Notes: a model not told the origin generated them from the sequence alone. Counted from the first letter of the stretch, positions 1 to 13,019 are shown. The stretch: DNA of 64,000 nucleotides from Octopus vulgaris (GCA_951406725.2 OX597829.1:27838001-27902000), one strand, 5' to 3'. Numbers and translations are program-made.

Positions 1-645
1 AAAATACACACCAGACTAAATGGAAGGTGAAGTGCAGAACATTGATTGACTAAAACCTTCAAAATGTTGTTCTAGCATTGTTGTATCCCAATGACTGAAA
101 CAGAGCTGCTTTTTTCTTAACAATGTATCATTGCTATTATGTTAAACTGTCGTACGTCCAAATTTGGCCAAATGTAGTTTCTTTTCCAATATTCAATTTT
201 GCTTGCATCTCTAGCTGCTTCAGATGAAAGTTGTTAAAGTGTAGTACAATGGTTTAGCATTTTGAAAAGTGTAGTAAGCCCCACATACAACAGTTTTGCA
301 AAAAATATTTCTGACTGAAAATATCATACGTAATCAAAAAAGTATTGTTGTTAAGTTGAAAAAGAAATGGAATGGTGAACCTATTGTATGTTGTCTAGCA
401 GAGTAAGGAAATCTGTATCAATGTATTTTGTCTACCCCATTCATGCAGTCAAAACTACCTTTTAAAATGATATATATATATATAAATTTATATGTTTATG
501 TATGTATATGTATATATTATACATGTGTGTGTGTGTTTGTGTGTATACTCTTTTACTTGTTTCAGTCATTTGAACCTCAAACCATGTGGTTGGGAAGCAA
601 GCTTCTTATGAAACAGCCATGCCTACGCCTATAAATATATATATA

Positions 646-963
646 CTAGCAGTATCGCCCGGCTTCATGAGGGAGGGAAGAAGGGGGAGAAGCAAACAGG
701 TGCAGGTGTGACCATGGACGCCAACTCCATCGCCATCGACACACGAAAAATTATGCATTAAAATGGAATAAAAAATGATGTTAAATTATTTTTAAAATCG
801 TAGACTCATCGTTGACGCGCACTAATACTCAGACGGGCTCGATATGAATCACGACTATAAGATACCCGAATTTGGTTAAACTGCACCGCAAAATGTGGGA
901 GTAGTTAGGAATCTAAATCGAAGGGGACAGACACTCACACAACTACAGTTTTATATATATAGA
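646..963 (-). mobile_element. Non-autonomous Helitron-type element
   Basis: The minus strand starts TC (963-962) and ends CTAG (649-646), and the element sits between A and T with no TSD. Its terminus ACTAGCAGTATCGCCCGGC recurs at 59558 and 60097, and its body is shared with 60097-60491. Confidence 0.75.
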
Positions 964-1030
964 TTTCATGGTAAACTTCGACAGACTTCAGCCATGTCCC
1001 TGCTCTATTCTTTTGTTTTTGAAATTATGT

Positions 1031-1115
1031 TTCATCTGATGATTACAGTTTTTTGCAATGAAGTAATGTTTTCATTCTTTTATTTAAAAAATGACTAAGA
1101 AACAGCTGTAACGAA
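1031..1115 (+). ncRNA. Minimal type I hammerhead ribozyme (Penelope-type), slightly degenerate
   Basis: CTGATGA at 1036-1042, a long imperfect stem II, GAAA at 1099-1102, palindromic CAGCTG, and a GTA cleavage triplet ending at 1110. Stem I is TTCAT/ACGAA (4 of 5 paired). Confidence 0.55.
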
Positions 1116-1822
1116 TTGACAATTATCCATCATTTGTTGTTATTCATTTGATACATATGTGTGTGTGTGTGAGGCATAAGAATGTCTATTTCAATTTTAG
1201 GACTAAATGATACTGAATTTGGTTTTGATCCAAATCCAGCATCATTTAGTCCTAAAGTTTACCTATTTATTTTACTTGGCAGTGCTTATGATCATTGCAG
1301 GCTCTCATGATAAATATGGTTGAAACCTTTAATGTTCTATTTATACTATTCCCAGTAAGTAGACACGTGCAAGAGAGACATAAGTAGGGAGAAGATTATT
1401 CCTGAAGGACAATGTTCTACAGTTAAGGACTGAATATAGTGGATTTTGCAAGGCCCCAGCTGATTAGACCTAACAAGAGGAATGAAAGGGAGAGAGTCAA
1501 ATTGGAAGCGGTATAAGAGCAACCAGCTCTCAGAAACTTTGGTATTTTAGATAACTTTCAATGTTTTTACTTTCAAGTTCTTCTGGATTCTGTTACTTGA
1601 TTTACCTTTATCTTTATCATCTTATCCTAAATGTTAACATCAAATTCCATAATACAGCAAACAAACAACATCGCTAGATAAGAAGTCTGTAAAGTATGTA
1701 AGGTTTTCACAAGACGGTGATAGGACAGTGTTGAATATAAGTCACTAATTGCATGAACGGTCTATTGATTAAATCTAGAATTTACTGCACATTATAGGAA
1801 ATTATCTAAAACACATAGTTAA

Positions 1823-2007
1823 CTCTTTAGCATTTAAACTGGCCAAAATATTCTATGGTCAAACTGACCAGATCCAGAGTCTCACATCTATGCAACAACA
1901 ATGTCATATTAAAAAATAAGCAAAATCTTGAAGCTACAAGATAATGTATGATTAATTCAAAATAAAGCGTCTTAAACATTTGACAGAATAATCTGATTGC
2001 TAAAGGG
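1823..2007. mobile_element. piggyBac-type MITE
   Basis: TTAA on both flanks; termini C(T)CTTTAGCA...TGCTAAAGGG. Relatives lie at ~39360, ~42610-42820 and 48610-48832. Confidence 0.75.
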
Positions 2008-3324
2008 TTAATCGGGGCTTTGTCAAGAAAGGCATGGGAGATAACTTCAAAATCTAAAATTGTTTAAATATTTGAATAGTAACAGGTAGTGTTTTTTTCT
2101 TTTTATGAATAATGTTGAAAATCAAACCCCTTTCTTACTTTAATGCCTTGGTATAAATTGCTGCAATATACTGAGGTATGGTTTCGATACTCACAAGGGT
2201 TTGTCACTTTTGGTTTTCATATTTGCTTTGTATAATCTACACATAACAATGTTACATGAAATTCAATTCCAATAATGTAATGTAATAATTACTTTTTTAC
2301 TTGTTTCAGTCATTTGACTATGGCCATGCTGGAGCACCACCTTTAGTCGAGCAAATTGATCTAACGTAACATACAAGCCAATAAGAGATGTGGTAGTAGT
2401 TTTGCATATCAACCCTTTCTTCAAATCCTTTTCATAAGTTTGTCCTAAATGTCCATGTTCCTCTTCAGACTTTTAGTCAGCTCGTATTTCATACATTCTG
2501 AGCAATAATAAAGCTCTCTTTTCCTAAGTACCCAGTTATTCTGCTAGTAGAAAAATGAAAAAAATGTGAATGTATATTATTACATGAAGCATGGATGCTA
2601 GGGAAATAATATCTTTTATGTATCACCTGTGATAGACAAAGGGCTAAAAATAGCAGTCATATTTAGAAGGTGGCATTGTTATCCTATACACATTGCTTTA
2701 AAAAAGAAATGAAGGAAGTCCATGGTTGGAGAGTTTTTGATCATATAAGTAAGTTTGTTGATTAAAGCTACAACTGTTTAAACTTGGTAAAATATGCCAA
2801 GTAAAATCAATTTGATTTATGTCCAATCTTCCTTAACAAATTTGTACTTGCGTAGTCTTTTAAGAAATCTTTTTTAATGTTGCTCTGTAAAGTGTCTTCA
2901 AGAATTATGCAGTCAATTTGATTATTAGATGTATTCCACAAAAAACTGGTGTACTTGGGGATATTAAAAGTGCAATGTTCTTCTTCTAAATCCATCAATT
3001 AAAAAAATAATAAGGGGAAAGCTAAAATGAATGAAAGAAAGAAAAGAACAAGATGGTTGCAATAATTTTGAAAAGTGAACATTGAAATATGTTTTGAGAG
3101 AGTCCAATGCTGTGGAGATATTTTCAATTTCATACTTTTAAATCAAATTACAGAAGAGAGAGGGAAAAAAATAAATATGTGACAATTTTCGTGGTTGCTT
3201 TTAACAAATATTCAAGAATTTAATTTAGATATAGAAACTTTTAATTTCAATATTGAAAACTTGAAGAAACAAGTACACAAACAAAAGCTAAATGTGTGTG
3301 TGTGTGTGTGTGTGTGTGTAGCCA

Positions 3325-3883
3325 TGGCTATGTGGTAAGAAACTATAGGTACAGGCACAAATGTGTAGTAAGCTTGGTTGTGGGTTAAGTCCCATTGTGT
3401 GGCACCTTAGGCTAATGTCTTCTACTATAACCCAGTACCGACCAAAGCCTTGTGAGTAAATTTGAACATGAATAGAAACTGAAAGAAGCCTGTTACATGT
3501 TTATGTGTATACACACACACATATATATATATAGGCACAAGAGTAGTAAGAAGTTTGTTTCCCAACCATGTGGTTCTGGGTTCAGTCCCACTATGTGCCA
3601 CCTTGGGCAAGTGTCTTCTACAATAGCTTTGGGCTGACCAAAGCCTTGTGAGTGGATTTGGTAGACGGAAACTGAAAGAAGCACATCATATATATCTGTG
3701 TGAATCTATGTTTGTATCCCCATCACCACGTGACAACCGGTGTTGTGTTTATATCCCTGCAACTTAGCAGTTTGCCAAAAGAGACTAATAAAATAAGTAC
3801 TGGCGTTGATTCATTCAACTAAAAATTCAAGGTGGTGCCCCAGCATGGCAATATAATGACTGAAACAGGTAAAAGATTATATA

Positions 3884-3945
<62 letters not shown>

Positions 3946-4140
3946 TGCACACGCATATATGGACACATTATTAAAGTGTGTGTCTGTTTGTCTCCTACCA
4001 CCACTTGACAATCGGTCTAGGTTTGTTTACATCCCCATAACCTTAGTGGTTCAGCAAAAAGAGAATGATAGAATAACAAGCTGGAAAAGTTAGTGCCCGG
4101 CATGGCTGCAGTCTAGCAATGAAACAAGTAAACAATAAAA
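3325..4140 (+). mobile_element. Cluster of degraded CORE-type tRNA SINE copies
   Basis: Repeated GTGGCACCTTGGGCAAGTGTCTTCT core, GGATTTGGTAGACGGAAACTGAAAGAAG body and CCAGCATGG...TGACTGAAAC tail. Confidence 0.75.
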
Positions 4141-4190
4141 GATATATATATATATGTATATATAAAAGATCCAATAATTTCATGGATTTA

Positions 4191-4345
4191 AGAGGTAAAA
4201 ATGGAAATTTAACTTTGAAACCATGGGAAAATAGAATAATTTTCTTTCTATTTGTATGTGTGTGAGACTAATTTTTGATCCGTTTAACAATACTGATACA
4301 TGCAGATAGAAAAAAAATTATTTTCTTTTGCTATCGTTTCAAAGT
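4191..4345. repeat. Foldback inverted repeat (MITE remnant)
   Basis: About 70 bp imperfect arms, GGAAATTTAACTTTGAAAC...GTTTCAAAGTTAAATTTCC. Confidence 0.65.
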
Positions 4346-4819
4346 TAAATTTCCTCCTTTTTCCTCTCAAATACATGAGCTTATTGGATTTATTCTGCTA
4401 TTGTTGCAGTTTTTGAAATTTTAAGATTCAACGAAAATTTTCAAATTTAAATGTTGATGTAATTTTTCATGCTGAATCTCATTTTGTTATTCACTTGTTC
4501 CAGAAAATTTTTAGAAAAATGTTACAAGAGGATTGAAAGTTTGATCATTTTCTACCAAAACAGGATTTGGAAGCTGGCATTTTGTGCATGATAGCAGTCT
4601 ATGATGGCATTACAACGAACTTGTAATAAGTTTCGCAGTTTTAATAAGTTTTAGTGGATAAAGCCATTTGAAATGCTGGAGCAGGCATATAAACAATACA
4701 AAAAGGAAAAAAAATCCTGAGTGAACTTAGGGGTTTTTTTTTGGCATTCTTTCTATATAAGTCCCGTTTAGATTACGTGTATTTGTTTACATTTCCGTAA
4801 AATTCTTTTTTTTTTTTTT

Positions 4820-5192
4820 AGTGGCTGTGTGGTAAGTAGCTTGCTAACCAACCACATGGTTCCGGGTTCAGTCCCACTGCGTGGCATCTTGGGCAAGTGT
4901 CTTCTGCTATAGCCCCGGGCCGACCAATGCCTTGTGAGTGGATTTGGTAGACGGAAACTGAAAGAAGCCCGTCGTATATATGTATATATATATATATATA
5001 TGTGTGTGTGTTTGTGTGTCTGTGTTTGTCCCCCTGCTGGTGTGTTTACGTCCCCGTTACTTAGCGGTTCGGCAAAAGAGACCGATAGAATAAGTACTGG
5101 GCTTACAAAGAATAAGTCCTGGGGTCGATTTGCTCGACTAAAGGCGGTGCTCCAGCATGGCCGCAGTCAAATGACTGAAACAAGTAAAAGAG
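4820..5192 (+). mobile_element. Full-length CORE-type tRNA-derived SINE (octopus OR-like)
   Basis: A-box TGGCTGTGTGG, B-box GGTTCAGTCCC, CORE-like CTTGGGCAAGT, internal TA/TG microsatellite and tail GGTGCTCCAGCATGGCCGCAGTCAAATGACTGAAACAAGTAAAAGAG. Many copies occur in the window. Confidence 0.85.
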
Positions 5193-5302
5193 TGTGTGGT
5201 TAGGGTTAGGGGTGGAGGGAATGGTATCTTTTTTCTTCAGAAATGTAAATAAACCCACGTGGGTTTATAAGCTGTTACAAGTAACGAATGATCGCCAAAA
5301 AG

Positions 5303-5586
5303 GGCATTCTTTCGATATAACTACTCGACAAAATCAAACATTTCATTTCGGGTATTTCCGTGGAAGCAAATGACAGTTCGATTCTGTTTTCTGCTTGGAA
5401 ATTTGCGGATTTTACATACACACATGAAACAAGTAAGAACAAATATGCAAGGCTTTTTTTTTCTTCTTTCTTCAAGTTTAAAATGAGACATTGCTGGCAT
5501 AATTTCGTTATATCTATACTCCACAACCCACGGAAATACCCAAAGTGAAATGTTTTCATTTTGTCGAGTTATATCGAAGGAATGCC
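5303..5586. mobile_element. GG...CC MITE, about 55 bp TIRs (Merlin-like)
   Basis: GGCATTCTTTCGATATAAC...CCGTGG is mirrored by CCACGG...GTTATATCGAAGGAATGCC. The element is adjacent to the Merlin transposase relic. Confidence 0.65.
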
Positions 5587-5659
5587 AAAAAAAGTATTTC
5601 AGTTCATGTAAACAATTCATACTTTTGTAGCAACATCGTGGTTTAGAGTTCAACGTTGA

Positions 5660-6285
5660 AAATTACAACCATTCAATTTCAGGAATGTGAAAGTAGACCC
5701 TCCAGTACAAGTCACTGAATATTGTGATTCGACTGACGAGTGCATTCCTCTGGTGTGTCGTGATTCCGACATGAGATCGCATTAAGAAAAACGTGTCAGG
5801 TCTGTTGACACACTCCTCCGAAAACCCACTGCTCAAGTAGCAAACACCCTTCCTTTGTTGTATTTTCTTCTTGAGACTGTTTCGTCTATCTCGACTGTCT
5901 TTCCAGGACTGCATATCCGAACTAGTTTGCGGTGGAAGTCCTCTGCACATATTTTACGAACATAGCTGTTGTAATCAACAGCTGTGCAGTGGCTCATTCA
6001 TTCCAAGTTCTTCAACACAAACCGGACCGAAGTCCTTGACCCATGGGTAAAAGGAAAAAAAATAGTACAGTCCTCAGAGGAGGGTTCCATCTTCCAACTA
6101 TGTATCTTTTATAACAGACACGCATTCGTTACATCCTTTTCATGAACACTACCAGTAAATTTTCCCCACAAACCATCTTGTTCAAATAGTGTCCTTTTGT
6201 ACATAGCTTTCTATTTGGTATAACAAACACCCTTTTCTTGCAAGTAAGAAACTGTATCCTCCCTGGTTTTCAATTTCTGCATCAT
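5660..6285 (-). pseudogene. Degenerate Merlin (IS1595/ISXO2-like) transposase
   Basis: Frameshifted translation gives MMQKLKTREDTVSYLQEKG, TAVDYNSYVRKICAE, PGKTVEIDET, RRKYNKGR, EQWVFGG and TIFSDLYWRVY. These match the Merlin GPGxxVEIDES..RKYNRGR..QWVFGG..TIxSDxWxxY signature. Confidence 0.85.
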
Positions 6286-6404
6286 ATTCGAGTTGGCTGT
6301 GATCGTACTTTTATTTAGGTTGAAAAGGTCCAGGAAAACACTGTTCAAAATTATGAAAATGAGGTAGTGATAGGACAGCAACCGAAAATACCTGTTCGTT
6401 TCTC

Positions 6405-6435
<31 letters not shown>

Positions 6436-7019
6436 ATAGGTGAAAGTGACAAAAATGAGGCAGTATAAACGTTCAGAAAATAAGCACTTGTTATTGACAG
6501 GTGAAGGCAATACGTGTGGTTTGGAGTTAGAAGCAGACTATACCTTTGCTTTTTACTGTAGAAACAGACACCAATATGTCTGTGGTTGCCGACTGGCTAA
6601 AACTACTCCAAATTTGCAAACTTTAAAAGCTGTTAACTTTTTATTTATTAAGATACTGCAAAAATGAATTTTATTTCCAAAATTAGCATACAAAACCATA
6701 ACAAAACGCCAATCGGAACCAAATTTAAAGAATTGAAAACTGACAGCAACAGAAAAAGATCCTAATTATTAATATACATATTTACATACATGTAACCATT
6801 ATGTATGTATGTGTGCGTGAATGTGTGTGTGCAGCTGAAGAATTTTACAAATGCAATGAACTCCTTTTACAGTAACAAAATCTGCTATACAATTTTTCTA
6901 GAGAAATAAAACAAATTTCCAACTACAACGATCTGAATATACTTAATATTTTGAAGTTCATTCCTTTCTAAATCATCTGACAAAAATGAAAGTGCGGGCG
7001 ACTGTCTATAAAAGGGGAA

Positions 7020-7345
7020 ACTGGGTAAGAGAGAGGAGTGAAAGTGAAAGACAGAAGAGAGGAGAGAATAGAAAGAGAGAGAGAAGATAAAAAGAATGAG
7101 TGAAGAAGATAGAGCGTGTGTCCGTATCTCTGTAGGAAAGAGAGAAGAGTGAAGAAGGGAAAATATAGACGAGAGAGAGAGAGAGAGACAGAGAGAGTTT
7201 GACTGTAACTGTGAGGGAAAGAAAGCGTGACTAAGTTGGAGAGAAGAGAAGAGAGTGAGAGATAGAATAGTAGAGACAGAGGTAGTGAGAGATAGACTCG
7301 TAGAGACTGAGGGAGTGAGAGAAGAAAGTGAAGACGAGTGAGTAA
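7020..7345. repeat. GA-rich polypurine low-complexity tract
   Basis: Visible (GA)n and GAA-rich sequence. Confidence 0.8.
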
Positions 7346-7791
7346 GCGTTATAAAGAATAATTATGCAATCAGTATAATGTGTATGTATCTATTTCAAAC
7401 ATCGAATATTTTCAGTTCCTTGGTCCTTCTAATATCATGTTACAATTGCAGCTGCCATTGTTTTTACTATGACAATGGAGGAGCCACCGTGTACTTCATT
7501 CGACATGCTAGAAATAGTAACATTATGTCGCTCAAATTACACTCCATCACTAAAAAGGACACATTTGACGATGCACTCCCTTGATGACAGCGAAAAAAAA
7601 ATTTTTTAAATAGGCAGGATAAGATAGCCACTACTGTGGTGCTGCATGCACTTTTATGATAGAACTATCATCCATATCTGAGTAGACTGGGGGGTAAACA
7701 ACAAAACCAGTGCCCGGTGCGTGTCTCTCGACATGGTTGTAGTATCTCACGCAAATCAAAGCCTACTGTCTTCTTTGAAAAAGAAAAAAAG

Positions 7792-8093
7792 GGTACTTCT
7801 TAAGAAGAGTGGTCCCGGTACGCGCATCCGCAGTAGCTAGTCGTGACTAGTCGATCCTACAGCGACTACCTAGCAAAGTAAATAAAACAAAATAAATAAT
7901 TTTTTTGCACAAATTAAAAATTAAAAAAAAAAACAAAGTAAATAAAACACAAAAACACAACGTAAATATTTTTTTCTAAACAGTAAGTAAAATACAAAAA
8001 CACAAAGTAAGGATCGACTAGTCACGACTATCTAGCGCGGATGCGCGACTACGCGAGTGCGCGCACCGGGACCACTCTTCTTAAGTTTGTTCC
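7792..8093. mobile_element. MITE with about 65 bp GC-rich TIRs, GGTAC/GGAAC termini (Merlin-like)
   Basis: CTTAAGAAGAGTGGTCCCGG...GACTAGTCGATCCT is mirrored at 8010-8085. Further TIR copies lie at 9208-9290 and 59990-60078. Confidence 0.75.
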
Positions 8094-8667
8094 AAAAAAA
8101 AAAAGGGTACATTAGACAATGCAATCTTAGAAACCTTAATTAATAGTTGGTAAGTTTGTCACATCTGGAACGTTTTTGATCATAGATTTGCTTGATCAGA
8201 GCTGACCTGGGGCTAAAAGATAACCAATCGACATTTAGTAGTGTATTGTTGTTGCTGGTGGTGGCGGTGGTGGTGGTGGTGGTGATGATAACCTCCTACT
8301 GTGTCTATTGTTGTTGATAGTATTGTAACAACTCTTTCTCCTGGATTCTGCTGCTGCTGCTGTTGCTGTTTTTACACACGTCTATTTGACTACCATCTAC
8401 ATCACTATCACCATCATCTCAAGCAATACTAACTTCCTTCTATTTTACTGCCCCAACTTCGATCATTGCTGCCGCTTCTGCTATCACTATCGTCGCTATC
8501 ACCACTACCAATCATCATCATCATCGACGCAACGTCGCCTCAACTGCTGCCATCGCTATCATGATGCATAGACACTCCACTCCCTCACTCTTCATTCACT
8601 ATCGCCAGCCATAAACATCTAACAATCACTATCACTTTCACCATCACAACTTCCACCACCACCATTA

Positions 8668-8898
8668 CCTATTTCTTTATTACCCACAAGGGGCTAAACA
8701 TAGAGGGGACAAACATGGACAGACATAGGTATTAAGTTGATTATATCGACCCCAGTGCTTAACTGGTACTTAATTTATCGACCCCGAAAGGATGAAAGGC
8801 AAAGTCGACCTCGGCGGAATTTGAACTCACAACGTAGCGGCAGCCGAAATACTGCTAAGCATTTCGCCCGACGTGCTAACGATTCTGCTAGCTCGCCA
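8668..8898 (-). mobile_element. Meta-type tRNA SINE
   Basis: Reverse complement of the family at 31944-32174 (GCCTTTCATCCTTTCGGGGTCGATAAA...GTACCAG domain). Confidence 0.8.
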
Positions 8899-9207
8899 TT
8901 ACCACACCACCAAACATCTTTATACAGTGGACTGCAGCCATGCCGGAGCCCGAGCTTGAAGGGTTTTCAATCGAACAAATCAACCTTAATACTAATTAAT
9001 TAAACCTGATATTTTTACTATCTTTCTCTTTTGCCGAACTGCTAAGTAACGGGGACAGCATGATTGTCAATCGGTGGCGTAGGACAAAGATGATACAAAG
9101 ACACGCGCACACACACATACATTTTGAACCACACACGCATACAGACAGACAAATAGATAGATCAGATACTTAGATAAGTTTCGGTCAGCATTGACCCAGA
9201 TATATAT

Positions 9208-9550
9208 GGTACTATCTAAGAAGAGTGGTCCCGGTGCGCGCACTCGCGCTAGCTAGTCGTGACTAGTCGATCCTACAACGACTACCTATCCTATAAGAAA
9301 TGCTCATACAAATTCGGTTGAAAGTTATTAGAAGTTATTAGGTAAACGTTTGGTACCCCCATCATAACTTGGGTGTTTTTTTAAAACAATTTTTTACACA
9401 AAGTAAATTTTTTTTCTGAACAACGTAAATAATTTTTTTAAAAACAAATTAAATAAAAATAATACACTACCTACCTGTTTTTGGTACCCCCATCATACTC
9501 TTAAAACATCGTTTTACGTTCTTCAAATAACTTTCAACCGAATTTGTATG
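9208..9550. mobile_element. Composite MITE (TIR of the 7792 family plus an internal inverted repeat)
   Basis: TIR at 9208-9290. CATACAAATTCGGTTGAAAGTTATT at 9306 is mirrored at ~9526-9550. Confidence 0.6.
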
Positions 9551-11423
9551 CTAAAGATAGACGTCAAATCACCTTACCACGAAGAGGTTGTTCTCAAGAA
9601 AAATCTCAGCAAAAACGAACAAGACAAATGAAAATATGCAAAATAAAAGTAACTATCCAATACCCCATTCCAAACTCTCTACCTGACATATATCCACACA
9701 CCCATATACTCAATACCTATACTTCACTTGCACCCATACCTAAACTGCATCTCTTTTGGTGTATGAACCCTTGAGTTTCAACTTTCTGCAAATGTGCTAA
9801 GCACTGGTGCTGATCATAGATTAATCCAAAAGCGCAGGAGCACAAATGGTGGTGTGGGGGGGTCAGTAGGGGCCCCAAATAAGGGGTCCTTTAAAAAATA
9901 GACCTCATTAGGACATTTCCTGGGATTAGAGAGTTGCTGTTTTGAGTTTCGTTGTCCTTGCACCAACGATGTAGAAGTAGACGAACGTAAAAACGTAACG
10001 GACAGAGAAACATCACTTTGTTTTTATATATATATTAAGAAGATAAAATTAAATGACCTGCCGTGACCAGGTCTCTTTGGAAAATTTCATTTCATAAAAA
10101 AAATATTCATTTAATAAATTGCAGAAGAGAAACGATGAAATTGTCGATATAACTAATTTTTTTTTCTCAACATAATTTTAAACATCACTAAAATGCATGC
10201 GGAAACAAAGTTGACGTGCGTGAGTGTATCCCACGCCATCCCAATTATCACACACACACACACTCATTATATTCCGATATAATCGTAGCCAATACCATGT
10301 GGTAGGTAGTTGCAGAAAATTTTATTTAGAAATATCCATTTTTCAGAAACTTATGAGGAAACAAAATTGGGTGGGCACACTTGTATAGTTAGATACATAA
10401 CGTATATATAGTATACACAATGTATATAAAAATATAAAATACAATGTGTGTGTTTGTGTGCACTCAGAACGTGTGTGAGGGAAGAGGCAATGTGCGTGGG
10501 TGTGTGAATGTACATTTGTGAAAGAGACAGAAAAGAAAGGTAAGGAGAGAGAGAGAGTGTGTGTGTGTGTGTGTGGTGCATATAGAATCAAAAACAACAT
10601 ATTTCATTTAACGTATAGCGTTTGCTGAATTCTAGACCGAATTGCATTATAGCCAAAATATTCATAATTCATTTTACATATGTACAAATAAAACAGCGTG
10701 GATTGTGTAGCTGCAGCAATTTGCACCCTTGCTTATTAGAATGTTGATTTCGGCAATATGCCATTGTAACAGCGTGTGTGTCTGTGTTTGCCTGTTTGTA
10801 CATGTGCTCGGTGTCTGATGCATCTTGTATATTGTGTTTTGTGTGTCAGAGATACACATGTATCTTGCGCTACTCATTAATTAATATGTGCTTGTCTTTG
10901 AGATACACCTATGTCATGTTATATATCTATACTACAGTGTTACCGTCGTCATATGACAAGAAATGTTGGTGGGGTAATACTTTTTCCTCACTGTGCGTAG
11001 GTAATATTTATATGATGTTACATCGATATATTAATTCATAATTCAACCTTTTTTGTTGTTGTTTTTTTTTTCGTTTTCTATTTAAAAAAATCATTTTTGT
11101 TTTTATAAAATAATGAAATGAATACTTATTTTCGAAGTAGAAATATTTTTTAGATTAAAATAAAAAGTAAAACAGTTTTCTCGTGTCTATTTGCAATAAA
11201 TGTATATGCTATCACGATAACAATGATATATTAATTGCAATAAACCTATAACATTCAAATAATATTCTCAGACAAGATAATAATGCTTTGTTTTCGATGC
11301 GAAATAACTTTTGTCTCCTCTTTACTAGTTTCAGCTCAAGAGCTGCGGCCATGCTGGGGCATATACGGTGCACCAGCATGGCCACGGCCTTCAGGCTGAA
11401 ACATGTAAAAGAATACATACATA

Positions 11424-11783
11424 CTAGCTGACCCCGTGCCGTCAAAACTGACGGCTAATTGTAGTATTTTTTATATAATGTATATAATAATCACAGATAC
11501 AAACATTCACATACTTCCCTTGTACACACATATACTCACAGAGTTGAAACGCTGTTTGATTTTTCTTTTCGGCGTTGAATGTTCACCATCCCACTTCCAT
11601 TGCACACACAAACACACGACTCTCTTTTATCTACAGACACGTATACTCACGCAGTTTGAAATGCTGTTTAATTTTTCATTATAGAACTGCCATCATCCCG
11701 TTACCAAGTTTGCCATCACCCCTTCCTTTCTCATTGATATGTTGTGACGGAGAAATACACAAAAGTATTATTATAGTAGAAGA
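11424..11783 (-). mobile_element. Non-autonomous Helitron, second family
   Basis: 5' TC, 3' hairpin GCCGTCA-TGACGGC and CTAG end, inserted at an A/T site. The same 3' end recurs at ~27875, ~30200 and 60887. Confidence 0.7.
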
Positions 11784-13019
11784 TATGGATGGTAAATCAA
11801 AATAATACACTAGTCCTTGTTCACCTTCCACCCTAATGTTTCATTCACAAAACTGCCCCAACATTTTTCTACTCTTTCTGAGATCCGACAATGACAGAAC
11901 GTTTTACTGATAGAGCCTAAAGACACTGAAATATGTCTGTGCAAGTGAAGGTCCCTACCACATCCTATAGTTAATCAAATTGACTTAGAATTTTTTTTTT
12001 TTTTAATTAAAATTTCGCGATTATCTCCACTGTCTTTTTACACTAGTGTTAGTGATTTGGGGAATTAAGGAGGAAATGTTTTAATTAGTTTAAAACAAAA
12101 CGCCTTATTTTACTACACCATGTAAGGCTTGTCTCCACATAACACACACACACACACATGCATATATGTGCTTAGGCGTGGCTGTGTGGTAAGAAGTTTG
12201 CTTCTTAACCACAGTGTTTCGGATTCAGTCCCTGTGCGTGTCTTCTACCACAACTTTGTGAGTGAATTTTGGTAGACGGAAGCTGAAAGGACTTCCGATA
12301 TGAAGCACCCTCGCTCGCGCTAACGTATGTTTTCCCTTATACAAGTACTTATGTGTGTGTTAGATGAATGCAATCATAGAATCAATGACAGGAGAAAATT
12401 GAGGTGTTCAAAGAATGCTACTGATTTATTTCGGAATGTTAACTACATAAGGGTTTAAAACACATATGAAAAACAGGAACGGTTTCACTCGCTAACTGTT
12501 TTTTTAGGGAAGAAAACAATCGGGAATCGTAGTAATTTCGATAAGTCAATATTAAAAAAAAATTGGGGGATCAAAGACAGCATATTTAATGTATACACGC
12601 CCTCACACATACATCAACGATAGCCTCTACATCAATGGTACTCAACAAATGGTATTTGAGATTTTATTGTTAAAATCTATGTGCAATAAATTGGTTACAC
12701 TCCTGCAACACACAAAATATTTCAACAATTTTCGTTATACAATTCCTAATAATATTTAATTATAAAAATATAATTGGATTTTTTTAAACATTGTATAGGC
12801 GCCACTTGTCAACCGGTGTTGGTGTGTTTACGTCCTCTTAAATTAGCGGTTCAGCAAAAGCGACTGACAGAATAAGTACCAGGCTTAAAAAAATAAGTAC
12901 TGGGGTCGATTCATTCGACTAAAAATTCGAAGTGCTATCCCAGCATGACCGCAGTCATTGACCAGTAAATGATAAAAGATTGTACGATTATAAGGGTCCA
13001 CCCGAGTAAAATACGAATG

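Noticed and set aside
4934-5203. Recurrent ORFs with QIHSQGFG/IVEDTCPRCH/LQHGRSQMTETSK-type peptides
   Set aside because: They are SINE sequence read in frame and recur at every copy.
5663-5950. ORF 5663-5950 as an independent gene
   Set aside because: It is largely an off-frame read of the frameshifted Merlin transposase.
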